Of a stretch of 51,128 nucleotides of DNA, positions 17,287 through 25,927 are shown one piece after another. The translations under genes were made by a program, and so were the position numbers. The stretch is from a virus (Duplodnaviria > Caudoviricetes): IMG/VR virus record IMGVR_UViG_3300012232_000017, positions 1 to 51,128 of that record, one strand, 5' to 3'. A model generated the notes under the pieces. That model saw nothing but the letters and a program-made list of their open reading frames with translations. It made no database searches and was not told where the DNA came from. Within the stretch, counting starts at the first letter, position 1. Every line of letters starts with the position of its first letter.

Positions 17287-17628
17287 CTAATTATGCTGTT
17301 TTAGATATTCTGTATGTAGAAAATCTACCGGATGAATATATTTATCATCTTCATAAAACAATTTCATCAATTGATTTAATAATCTAGAATGTGTATCTTG
17401 GCAAAAATGAAGAGGTTTTTTTGGATTAAAGATAACTTTATGTGATAAATGTGTCATACATAATTCCATCCAATGTAATCTTGTAAATTTACCTTGTTCT
17501 TCTAAATTACGGAATACAAATATTCCGTCTACAATTACTGCTCCTGCAACTGTTAAGTCTGGAAAGAAATAATTACACATATCGAATATCTTCGCCATGT
17601 GTTCTGCTGTTAATACTATCTTATTCAT
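17287..17628 (-). CDS. Hypothetical Bacteroidetes-phage protein
   Basis: LHWMELCMTHL and HPVDFL motifs. Confidence 0.65.
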   Translation of the reverse strand: MNKIVLTAEHMAKIFDMCNYFFPDLTVAGAVIVDGIFVFRNLEEQGKFTRLHWMELCMTHLSHKVIFNPKKPLHFCQDTHSRLLNQLMKLFYEDDKYIHPVDFLHTEYLKQHN

Positions 17629-17897
17629 TTTGATTTTAATTTGTCTAGTGTTTTGATTAATAATTCTATTTCGTCGGTCTGTTGTTTAATTTCGAATTCT
17701 CTTTCTTGAATTTGATGAGATACAAGATCTATCAAATGCTGTTTCATTTCAGTTAAGATTAATAATCTATCATCTTCTGAAAAGTGTTCAAATACATATT
17801 TTGCAAGTATTTTAGCTTCTGTTTTAGCTATCTTATTTGCACTTGGTACATAGTGTATAAACAAATACAAAAAATACCTTTTTAGCCGTTTTTTCAT
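17625..17897 (-). CDS. Hypothetical coiled-coil protein
   Basis: 90-aa ORF overlapping the next gene by 4 nt (ATGA). Confidence 0.6.
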   Translation of the reverse strand: MKKRLKRYFLYLFIHYVPSANKIAKTEAKILAKYVFEHFSEDDRLLILTEMKQHLIDLVSHQIQEREFEIKQQTDEIELLIKTLDKLKSK

Positions 17898-17907
17898 AAC
17901 AAAATCT

Positions 17908-18069
17908 TTATGTTAATGTAATCGTAATGTTAAACCTTTTATTCTTGTTTTGAGCTAATTTATCAACAAGATAGGCTTGCATATGGACTTTGTTCTTAAA
18001 AATGATTTCATCATTGTAAGGTTTTTTACGTTTGTCCTTACGAACGTGTTGAGGTTGGTTTTCACTCAT
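17908..18069 (-). CDS. Small basic hypothetical protein (53 aa, not in the track)
   Basis: Manual translation MSENQPQHVRKDKRKKPYNDEIIFKNKVHMQAYLVDKLAQNKNKRFNITITLT, preceded by an A-rich leader. Confidence 0.55.
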   Translation of the reverse strand: MSENQPQHVRKDKRKKPYNDEIIFKNKVHMQAYLVDKLAQNKNKRFNITITLT

Positions 18070-18099
18070 GGTTAGTTAGTTTTTTGGTTAAACAGTTAA

Positions 18100-18300
18100 T
18101 TAATCACTATCTTTCATATAATCTATTAATAGTCTATGATGCGTAATATTTCTATTACAAAACTGATATTTATGAGTCTCGGCTTTATTCCAAGACTCAG
18201 TAAGTTTCTCTCTACAAATAGGACAGAAGCCATCTTTTATGATGTCTTCTATACTTTGTCTATTTGTAACTCTTTTAGGGGTTAAGCTTTTTAATCTCAT
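18100..18300 (-). CDS. Small zinc-ribbon protein
   Basis: CPIC...CNRNITH. Confidence 0.55.
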   Translation of the reverse strand: MRLKSLTPKRVTNRQSIEDIIKDGFCPICREKLTESWNKAETHKYQFCNRNITHHRLLIDYMKDSD

Positions 18301-18713
18301 TATTCAATTAATTTAAGAAATTCTGCAATTTTTTTACGTTCTCCTGGATTCATATCCAATAATTGTTTAATCATTACACTTAATGGTTGTAATGGTTCTT
18401 TACGCATAAGCTTACCATCTTTAGTTTTAGCAACTTTATTATTACTAAAACCTACTGGAGATGCAGTAATAACATTACTTTTCTCTTTACCACTACTAAT
18501 AAGATAATAATATCTTGCAGATACACTGCAATGTTTTCTATTTTTAAGTTTTTTAGATGCTTCTCTAAATCCATGTCTTAAATTATCAGGATATCTCATT
18601 ACCATATCTAAGATAAGTTTATCCTCAGATGGAGAATAACGATCTGGCATTGTTTTCTTTACTTTAGCATTTGGAATTACTGCATCAACGATTGATTGGT
18701 TTGTGTTACTCAT
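18300..18713 (-). CDS. Myb/SANT-like HTH domain protein (putative transcription regulator)
   Basis: YSPSEDKLILDMV...FREASKKLKNRKHCSVSARYY matches the Myb/RsfA-like pattern WTxEEDxxL...AxxLxxRTxxxCxxRW. Confidence 0.6.
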   Translation of the reverse strand: MSNTNQSIVDAVIPNAKVKKTMPDRYSPSEDKLILDMVMRYPDNLRHGFREASKKLKNRKHCSVSARYYYLISSGKEKSNVITASPVGFSNNKVAKTKDGKLMRKEPLQPLSVMIKQLLDMNPGERKKIAEFLKLIE

Positions 18714-18915
18714 TTTGTTTGTTTTAGGTTGTTTATTTATTAATTGTTTGTTTAGTTTTAAAACACCCTATTCTTATAGCTTACCGAGTTATCAGTTACG
18801 GAGCTTGTATAAAAATAGGGTGTTATACATTAAATATCACCATGTTATTGCACATTTTTCCCAGATAACGGTAAAGCTGGTTCTGCTGTGTCCAGCACCT
18901 ATTTAATGCATTAGA

Positions 18916-18966
18916 CCTACGTTAGGGATTCGAACCCATATTTGTATAACCACTCATGGTCGTAGG
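18916..18966 (-). ncRNA. Second anticodon-less tRNA-like minihelix
   Basis: CCTACG/CGTAGG stem, ACCA-TGAG-TGGT hairpin and T-arm GGG-TTCGAAT-CCC. Confidence 0.45.
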
Positions 18967-19176
18967 ACATTCAGGAAGAATGTTTTATATATTATAATAG
19001 TAATTTAATATTATGATGTCTTTCCACCAGTCAGTCTCGTATAAATTTGTCACTGTATGAAAATAAAAGAAAAACCTCATATATTGGGCTCAGCAACTTT
19101 GACTCACGCATTTACACTAGCAACCTTACCGACAAGTAAAGATTCTTATACAAGCCCAACACACTTCTCAAGCGAG

Positions 19177-19504
19177 TGGAGCCGGGGGGAATCGAACCCC
19201 CGTCCAAAATAGTCTTCGCATACGAGATGTATACAGTTTCACGTTTTTAAGCTGTTACGCTCAGTCGGGGTTAACCAGCGGTTAACAATCCACCACCAGT
19301 TTTAATTTAAACTGGAAATCCTTAGAATATTATGCAGCCATTAGGGTTCTAACATTAGTGCTAACACCAATTCCACCTAAAGCAATTACTTTAGCCGAAG
19401 CTATTTGTACATTTTTGCCATTTATTCAATTCACCTTAGTTTAGAGTTATCTCTCTCACTGATCTCGTTAACTACTAATCCATCTGTCAAAACCAGTCGG
19501 CCCC
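19177..19504 (-). ncRNA. ssrA: tmRNA (transfer-messenger RNA)
   Basis: 5' end GGGGCCGACTGGTTTTGACAG and 3' end GGACGGGGGTTCGATTCCCCCCGGCTCCA. Acceptor stem GGGGCCG/CGGCTCC has the G3:U70 Ala determinant. An internal tag ORF ends in MAA-stop. CCA is not fully encoded. Confidence 0.95.
19330..19419 (-). other. tmRNA tag reading frame: (A)GKNVQIASAKVIALGGIGVSTNVRTLMAA*
   Basis: Resume context AATAAAT-GGC (Gly resume codon, as in Bacteroidetes tags); open for 29 codons to GCT GCA TAA. Confidence 0.8.
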
Positions 19505-19539
19505 AATTGGGGTTTTGAATGGACCCCATACCATTTATA

Positions 19540-22131
19540 TTATTGTTTAATCATACGTAAAGTTTTCACTTCAGTAGCTTGATTTAAAATAATATTGTAA
19601 ATACCAGTTGGATAATTGCTTCCAAAATTTGTAAAGTCAAATTCAGATGGATTTACTGTTCTTGTTTCAACATTTCTTCCTAATATATCAAATACATTGA
19701 TATCTACAGGATGAATAGTATTACTACTTTGAATTGAAAAAGAATTAGTAAATGGATTTGGATAAGCTTTAAAAGTAGTTGAAGTAGCTACCTTCCCGGT
19801 AGCATTAACCCCCTTTTTTAATACCACACATGTTGATTGGGTTGTATTAGGTGATTTAACAACATTACAATGATCAGCACCACCTAAATTATTAAATCCA
19901 TCTAATGTAGCACCAAGAGGACCACAAGTACCTTCTGCAAAAGCTGCATTAACTAAACCTTGTAAATCTGCTATAGTTGCAACTGAATAGTTTAATGTAC
20001 CATTACAAATATTTAATACTGCAGCAACAGATTGACGTGCTAAATTTTCACAATTAGTATTACCTTTTAAATTCAAGGCTTGTACTAATGTTAAATTAGG
20101 ATCAAGTGTTGAACCAGAGAATACATCTTTGTACAATGTACAAGTTTTGTATTCAGGACACCAAGCTAATGTGTGATTTTTCCAATATCCTAAAGTACAT
20201 CCATTAGGAGGATTACATCCAGAAGTTGTCCAAGTTACTGTACGTTGTACTTGAGCAGCTTGATTTCCACAGTCATCAAATCCATTCCAAGTTCTGGTTT
20301 GAGTAAAATGACATGATTCAGTTTCTGTTACAGGACCATCAGCTGCAGTTAAATGTGCACTACAAACATCAAATATTTGAGCAGTACCTAAAGCAGCTAA
20401 AATTTGAGCAGGAGTAGGATCAACACCTAAAGTAGGAGCAAGATCTAAAGTAATAACAGGAGCAATAAGATCTACTGTCCAAACAAATGTTTGTTGACAA
20501 GATCCTGTATTTCCACAAGCATCAGTAGCACTATAAGTAATTACTAATCTTCGTAAACAACCATCTTCTGTGATAGTACCTACTGAAGAAGTAGTTGGTA
20601 AACTACCATCACAATTATCATTAGCTGTAGCTACTTCAGGAGTTGGAGTTGGAACATTACATCCTAAAACTCTATCTCCAGGACATGTTACAACTGGAGC
20701 AGTAGTATCTACTTTCCAAGTATATATTGCCTCTTGACTAACACTATTACCACAAGAATCTGTTTTTGAATAAGTAAATACTTGTCTACGTCCACAACCA
20801 TCACTTGTAATTTGACCAGCAGAACAATTTGCTGCTGCAGTAGCATCACAATTATCTGTTGCAGTCACATTAGGATTACATGATGGAAGAACTGTTGGAT
20901 TACATCCTAAATCACCACCTGCAGGTACATCATGCAATACAGGAGCTGTAGTATCTATTCTGTATGTAAATACCTGAGGACATGTTGCAGTTTGACCACA
21001 CTCATTTGTTACTGTATAAGTACGAGTAAGTGTTTGTGCACACTCAGGACCTGTAACTACATCAGCAAATGTATACGGTAAAGTAGGACAAGCTGAAGTA
21101 ATTGTTGGAGCTGTTGGACCAGGAATAGTAGGATTGCATCCTAAAGCACCTCCTGGTGCACATGTAATTTGTGGAGGAAGAGAATCTCTTACTAAAAATG
21201 TACGTGTACAACTATCTGTTTGACCACAACGATCTGATACTGACCATATTACTGTAACAGTACCACCACAATGATTTGGAGCATGTACTTCTCCTGTAGG
21301 TGTTCTAACTGTGATCACTGGAGCAAATCCACCATCAACGGAGAATGAATTCAGCCATTGTTGAAAGATAACTTCAAGATCCGCTTGAGAAGCACATGCA
21401 GGTCTATCTACATTAATAGGACAACTAAGAACAAGTGGATTAGGAGCTACAGGTGCGATAATAATAGTAGTACTATCTTCACAACCAAATCCACCACCTA
21501 CTAATACTTCGCGAGCATTAATAGTATGAGTACCAGCACCTACGTTAGGAAATAAACCTGTACCATTAGAAATTGCACCTGGTGTACCAGGATTTAATGT
21601 ATACAAATAAGGAGGTGATGGTACAAATGGAACACCAAATGATACTTGCGTAACTGCTATAGCTGTTATTGTAGTCACATCAGTAGGACATGTTAATGGA
21701 GGTGCAGTAGCACTCACGTTAACATCTCTCACTAATCGTGAAGATGAACAACTACCTAGCGGATTAGGCGTTAAATCTGGATTTAAAAACTGCATTAATA
21801 CAGTTAATGAACCGGCTTGGTTTCCAACGTTAACTAAAACGTTATTTAATGTACCATCTGGATCACTACCAACAGCAACTCTGTCAATAGATGTACCTAA
21901 ATTAGTACCAACACCATCAGTAAAATATGCATTTGTTTGATTTACAGGTATAGTCCAACGAATTGTTAATCCATTTCCTGCAGCATTAACACGTGCACCA
22001 TATATTGAAGTAACTCCAATACAAGAACGTGGTGGTATTGTTTCCATCACATTACAATTTGGTGGTTCTTGTGCGAACACACCTGTCGTCAATAAGACGA
22101 ATAAGGACAAAAATGATAAAATTTTTTTCAT
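19540..22131 (-). CDS. Secreted Cys-rich HYR-like repeat protein with a type IX secretion system (T9SS, type A) C-terminal sorting domain
   Basis: Sec signal MKKILSFLSLFVLLTTGVFAQ; about five repeats DTTAPV..C...LGCN...ATDNCD...D.CGN...Q.FTW; a GYWKNH domain; CTD AYPNPF...VFDILGR...GIYNIIL...LRMIKQ. Confidence 0.9.
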   Translation of the reverse strand: MKKILSFLSLFVLLTTGVFAQEPPNCNVMETIPPRSCIGVTSIYGARVNAAGNGLTIRWTIPVNQTNAYFTDGVGTNLGTSIDRVAVGSDPDGTLNNVLVNVGNQAGSLTVLMQFLNPDLTPNPLGSCSSSRLVRDVNVSATAPPLTCPTDVTTITAIAVTQVSFGVPFVPSPPYLYTLNPGTPGAISNGTGLFPNVGAGTHTINAREVLVGGGFGCEDSTTIIIAPVAPNPLVLSCPINVDRPACASQADLEVIFQQWLNSFSVDGGFAPVITVRTPTGEVHAPNHCGGTVTVIWSVSDRCGQTDSCTRTFLVRDSLPPQITCAPGGALGCNPTIPGPTAPTITSACPTLPYTFADVVTGPECAQTLTRTYTVTNECGQTATCPQVFTYRIDTTAPVLHDVPAGGDLGCNPTVLPSCNPNVTATDNCDATAAANCSAGQITSDGCGRRQVFTYSKTDSCGNSVSQEAIYTWKVDTTAPVVTCPGDRVLGCNVPTPTPEVATANDNCDGSLPTTSSVGTITEDGCLRRLVITYSATDACGNTGSCQQTFVWTVDLIAPVITLDLAPTLGVDPTPAQILAALGTAQIFDVCSAHLTAADGPVTETESCHFTQTRTWNGFDDCGNQAAQVQRTVTWTTSGCNPPNGCTLGYWKNHTLAWCPEYKTCTLYKDVFSGSTLDPNLTLVQALNLKGNTNCENLARQSVAAVLNICNGTLNYSVATIADLQGLVNAAFAEGTCGPLGATLDGFNNLGGADHCNVVKSPNTTQSTCVVLKKGVNATGKVATSTTFKAYPNPFTNSFSIQSSNTIHPVDINVFDILGRNVETRTVNPSEFDFTNFGSNYPTGIYNIILNQATEVKTLRMIKQ

Positions 22132-22233
22132 TCGATTTTTTATATATAAAAATGTTAATAAATATTTTAATCTTCCTTTTTAGACCGCCTAAGCGGGGGA
22201 CCCTTATTTCTATGTGCAAAATAATTCAACATA

Positions 22234-22458
22234 TTAATAATTTATTAAAGTTATTGTAACTATATATAAAAATGCCATTATTGCTATTAAATAAGTAAGA
22301 CGATATCTTGAAGATTTTCTTCTTATAATATAACAAAATTCTAATGTAGCTAATATGGTAGCTACCACCAACAGTGTTACTGTAAATGTTATCATAAAGG
22401 AAACATTGTTAAAATTAAAACTATATTTAAAATTACAATTACAATAGCACCTAAACAA
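22234..22458 (-). CDS. Small membrane protein (likely start MITFTV near 22395)
   Basis: Two TM segments; ATGA overlap with the upstream ORF. Confidence 0.45.
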   Translation of the reverse strand: MFRCYCNCNFKYSFNFNNVSFMITFTVTLLVVATILATLEFCYIIRRKSSRYRLTYLIAIMAFLYIVTITLINY

Positions 22459-22580
22459 ACTAAAAATTGTTCAGGGCCATAACATTTCTCTGTGGCTCTA
22501 TAAGCCCAGTTTAATAAGTTCGCTATAATAATATTTACAATAAATACTATTATTAATATTGTGCTTATAGGAACCATCAT
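22392..22580 (-). CDS. Small membrane protein
   Basis: Two TM segments. Confidence 0.55.
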   Translation of the reverse strand: MMVPISTILIIVFIVNIIIANLLNWAYRATEKCYGPEQFLVCLGAIVIVILNIVLILTMFPL

Positions 22581-22759
22581 GAGTTCAAGATATATCCTAA
22601 ATTAAACAATATTACTACAGATGTTATAAGTATAACTATACCTATAGCAGTTCTACCACCCACACCATCAGTAGATGTTTCATTCCATTTACTAGATACA
22701 TCATACCAATATAATGCATTTAATAAAAATATTACTCCTATTAAAATTAATCTTTCCAT
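22577..22759 (-). CDS. Small membrane protein
   Basis: Two TM segments; coupled overlaps. Confidence 0.55.
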   Translation of the reverse strand: MERLILIGVIFLLNALYWYDVSSKWNETSTDGVGGRTAIGIVILITSVVILFNLGYILNS

Positions 22760-22965
22760 TATGGTTCATAATTAGTTAATTTTTTCCATTTAGCTTCTAA
22801 ATCATTATACATTATAACGATTTTATTACTCATTGTAGCCATAGGTAAAGAAAATAGAAATCTCATTTCTTTTTCTATTTCTTTTATTTTTTCTTCTTTA
22901 CCTTCTCTTGTTTCTCTTCTTTTAACCGGTATTAGTGGATGCATAGGTCTTTTTTTAGTTGTCAT
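22759..22965 (-). CDS. Small basic hypothetical protein
   Basis: 68 aa, coupled in the operon. Confidence 0.55.
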   Translation of the reverse strand: MTTKKRPMHPLIPVKRRETREGKEEKIKEIEKEMRFLFSLPMATMSNKIVIMYNDLEAKWKKLTNYEP

Positions 22966-23227
22966 AAATCTCTACACTATATGTTGAGTTAAATGTCATT
23001 AAAATTAATGTTTCAGGATTAAATGATATAACTTCAGAAGTTAATACTTTAGGTCCTGATGTTAGATCAAGTGTTGGATATAAATATAATCCAAAGCCAA
23101 TTTTGATATCATCATATTTGTGATATCCTTGTATCATTTTACTCCCAATAGGTAATCTACCGGGAGTTATGATATCTTCTACATTGTTGTTTGCAACTTT
23201 TGTAAGTATTAAATACTTATTTTTCAT
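22955..23227 (-). CDS. Hypothetical protein
   Basis: 90 aa; ends in TSEV...TFNSTY, a common small phage beta-domain pattern. Confidence 0.6.
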   Translation of the reverse strand: MKNKYLILTKVANNNVEDIITPGRLPIGSKMIQGYHKYDDIKIGFGLYLYPTLDLTSGPKVLTSEVISFNPETLILMTFNSTYSVEIYDN

Positions 23228-23228
23228 T

Positions 23229-23447
23229 TCAATTTTTTAATATATCGTTAATGTATATGGCTGAAATAAACCAACCTATAATGGTTCCAATCCAGAAAGG
23301 AACACTATTGGCAATAATACCACCTAATGTAATTTCTGAAGCTCCTGCAACTATTGCAGAAATTAAAAAAGGTACAAATATACCTAATACAAATATTGAT
23401 AATAAAACCAACATTGCTTCACCTGTTTTAAATAATAATTTTTCCAT
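23229..23447 (-). CDS. Small membrane protein
   Basis: Two TM segments. Confidence 0.55.
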   Translation of the reverse strand: MEKLLFKTGEAMLVLLSIFVLGIFVPFLISAIVAGASEITLGGIIANSVPFWIGTIIGWFISAIYINDILKN

Positions 23448-23488
23448 TTTTTCTAAGATTTTTGTTTGTTTAAATTGTTTGTTGTTTG

Positions 23489-23671
23489 TTAATCGTAATC
23501 AAAAATAATTAATAGTATAGCTAATACTATAAAAAAAGGTACTGAAATTGGTGCTAATATAATAAATATCCATTCTTTTTTGGATATAGTTTTATCTTCT
23601 TCTTTTTGTACGTGATATAATAATATGCACAAAAGATAACATATTGCACAATAAATAATAAATCCTACCAT
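23489..23671 (-). CDS. Small membrane protein
   Basis: Two TM segments; preceded by a structured leader. Confidence 0.55.
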   Translation of the reverse strand: MVGFIIYCAICYLLCILLYHVQKEEDKTISKKEWIFIILAPISVPFFIVLAILLIIFDYD

Positions 23672-23684
23672 AATAATAAATTTT

Positions 23685-23822
23685 GTGTTTTACACCTAAA
23701 AACTAATACTTGTACTATAAATGTGGTTGTTCACAAATATAATACAGAATATTAGAAACTAAGGTGGCCTCAACAACTTGGCATTGTCAACCTACTATAG
23801 GTTGGTCTTACGACTTTAAGTT
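23685..23822 (-). ncRNA. Candidate structured RNA or cis-regulatory leader (pseudoknotted)
   Basis: Stems AACTT/AAGTT, GTC/GAC, CAACCTA/TAGGTTG, CTAATA/TATTAG and a GTTTT-AGGTGT-AAAAC hairpin whose loop can pair with CACCT. Confidence 0.45.
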
Positions 23823-23849
23823 TTTTCATCTATACAATATAGATATTTT

Positions 23850-24176
23850 TTATGAATGTAACCATTCAACAAGTTCTTTATGTGTTTTAAATTGAAAAGC
23901 ATTTTTACTATCATCTTCAGTAGTATTAAACACATGATTCTTTAAAACAGCTTGATTATCTTTATAAGCACAACCTTTAACATTAAAATCTTTATCCATT
24001 ATATATGAATATACTTTACCATTTAAAGTCATTTTAATAATAGTATATTTTGTATCAAACAATATTATACCAATAAACATATTATCCGTTACTTTATCTA
24101 TAGCAAGGACAATCTCTGTATCTCCAGTAACTATTCTTTTCATCCTTTTCCGTTTTCTTCTAATACTCGACGACAA
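23850..24176 (-). CDS. Hypothetical protein (start likely downstream, MKRIV)
   Basis: ORF in the early operon. Confidence 0.55.
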   Translation of the reverse strand: MSSSIRRKRKRMKRIVTGDTEIVLAIDKVTDNMFIGIILFDTKYTIIKMTLNGKVYSYIMDKDFNVKGCAYKDNQAVLKNHVFNTTEDDSKNAFQFKTHKELVEWLHS

Positions 24177-24433
24177 TCATCAAGATTAGCTGGTGCAACA
24201 ATTACTGTATCTTCTAATGATACTCTAATAACTAATAACTGCCCATCTTTAGGCATTTGATCATCTGTACCTACAAATCTAACTACCACATTGTGGTCTT
24301 TAAGTTTATTTTTAGATGCATTTCTAAATTTTGATAACTCTTGAGCATCTTTAATTTCTCTAAGTTTACCACTTCTACTTTGGCAAGATATAACTCCTAG
24401 AGCTATAATTGCAATTAATATTAATTTTTTCAC
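24140..24433 (-). CDS. Putative lipoprotein
   Basis: MKKLILIAIIALGVISC lipobox. Confidence 0.65.
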   Translation of the reverse strand: MKKLILIAIIALGVISCQSRSGKLREIKDAQELSKFRNASKNKLKDHNVVVRFVGTDDQMPKDGQLLVIRVSLEDTVIVAPANLDDCRRVLEENGKG

Positions 24434-24444
24434 TTTTGTTTAAT

Positions 24445-24702
24445 TTAAGGATTAAATATTTCTTTTTTAATAATACAATGTATTCCATCTTCTGATTTAA
24501 ATGAATATACTTTGTCATTTTGTAATACTAATCTGAATCTTCTGAATTGATTAGTTTGTTGATTAACAATATAAAATTGTCTTCCGCCATTTGGAAAACA
24601 AATTGCAAAGTTAGGTACATATAAATCTTTTTCATTACCATAAAGTGTTTTACACACTTTATTATATGTAAAGAATCTAATGTCATATTTACAATTTATC
24701 AT
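24445..24702 (-). CDS. Hypothetical protein
   Basis: 85-aa ORF with an A-rich leader. Confidence 0.55.
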   Translation of the reverse strand: MINCKYDIRFFTYNKVCKTLYGNEKDLYVPNFAICFPNGGRQFYIVNQQTNQFRRFRLVLQNDKVYSFKSEDGIHCIIKKEIFNP

Positions 24703-24801
24703 TTTTTTTATTTTTAGGTGGTGTGTGAAATATTAACACAATAATTGTAATAAAATAGCATAAAGCGATTGAACCACCCATTAAATAGAATAACCACATA
24801 A

Positions 24802-25218
24802 TTAGTTGTTATAAGTATAAACAATGTATTCTTTTTTCTTATTACCATATTGATAAACTTTAAACTTTGTTTTAGTTTTACCGTCTTGATAAATATAACC
24901 TGCATTAAATTCAATTACATAAACCATATCATATTGTTCATAAGTAATAGTATAATCTGTTGACTCTATTACTCTGCACTCTTGATTATCTATTAATAAT
25001 TTATTATTAGATGGATTAAATTTAATTGATATAGTTTCAGGTTCAAATGGTTTATGAACATTAGCACCTCCTTGTGGAGTAAATTCAACTATCATAATTT
25101 TTTTACCTGTTTCATTAAATCCTTCTGAAGGATTAATTGTTCTCATAGTACCTATTGGTTCATTAGAACAAGAGGATACTACTATTGCTAGTAGTATCCA
25201 TATTGATAACTTTCTCAT
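24802..25218 (-). CDS. Putative lipoprotein
   Basis: MRKLSIWILLAIVVSSC lipobox; beta-rich mature domain. Confidence 0.65.
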   Translation of the reverse strand: MRKLSIWILLAIVVSSCSNEPIGTMRTINPSEGFNETGKKIMIVEFTPQGGANVHKPFEPETISIKFNPSNNKLLIDNQECRVIESTDYTITYEQYDMVYVIEFNAGYIYQDGKTKTKFKVYQYGNKKKEYIVYTYNN

Positions 25219-25664
25219 TATGCTCTAACTTTAACTATTTTAGAACATTTTGAATGATTAATCCATTTTGTATCTGTTAATGCATTACCTAATGAATCAT
25301 ATACTGTATATTCTATTTCTATTTTATTATCAGCATATGTATCTATGTTTTTAATGGTAGCCCATTGTACATCTTTAGAAGAACGAATATATTCTTCTTT
25401 ATCATTCTTACCCCAATAAGAATATACACTAAAATCACTAAGTGCAATTTTCTCACCTATTTCAAAGTTAATATCTTGATTGTAACCATTAAGGCTATTA
25501 TACAACATTGATAAACCTGATGTATCTTGTGTCAACATTCTACCAATTAAGGTTTCAACAACTAATGCTGAATGTTTGAATTCTGGATTCATTTGCTCTA
25601 ATAATTGTTGAGCAATACTATCCACTGATACTTTTACTGTGATGTCTTGGTTAAACTGTTTCAT
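25218..25664 (-). CDS. Hypothetical protein
   Basis: 148-aa ORF, TAATG-coupled. Confidence 0.65.
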   Translation of the reverse strand: MKQFNQDITVKVSVDSIAQQLLEQMNPEFKHSALVVETLIGRMLTQDTSGLSMLYNSLNGYNQDINFEIGEKIALSDFSVYSYWGKNDKEEYIRSSKDVQWATIKNIDTYADNKIEIEYTVYDSLGNALTDTKWINHSKCSKIVKVRA

Positions 25665-25684
25665 TTTTGTTTAAATTTAAATAA

Positions 25685-25900
25685 TTAATTAATGTTGTTT
25701 TTGTGTAAAATTCTTTTTAATTGAACTATTTCACTGAGTTCATCTAAGTCTTTGTTTAGCAATTGATGTATTTTATCTATATCTTTACGATTATCTATTA
25801 ATTCAGATAGTTTACCTGTTCTAGTAATGTATTGATATATATTTAATAATGCACTAATTGATACTGCGACTTCTTTTAATAATTTATCTTCTTGTGACAT
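25685..25900 (-). CDS. Small helical hypothetical protein
   Basis: 71-aa ORF. Confidence 0.55.
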   Translation of the reverse strand: MSQEDKLLKEVAVSISALLNIYQYITRTGKLSELIDNRKDIDKIHQLLNKDLDELSEIVQLKRILHKNNIN

Positions 25901-25927
25901 AATATATAATTGGATTGATTACAAGAT

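Noticed and set aside
17287-17628. Sixth member of the C..RS..D paralog family (MCNYFFPDLT resembles LCKRYFPDLT)
   Set aside because: It lacks the TY, C..R.RS..D and second Cys motifs; the similarity is limited to one short helix end.
19177-22131. tmRNA as a prophage attachment site, with the T9SS gene as flanking host DNA
   Set aside because: Phage-type genes continue on both sides on the same strand, no integrase or duplicated tmRNA 3' end is seen, and the tag is unlike host tags. A chimera cannot be excluded without reads.
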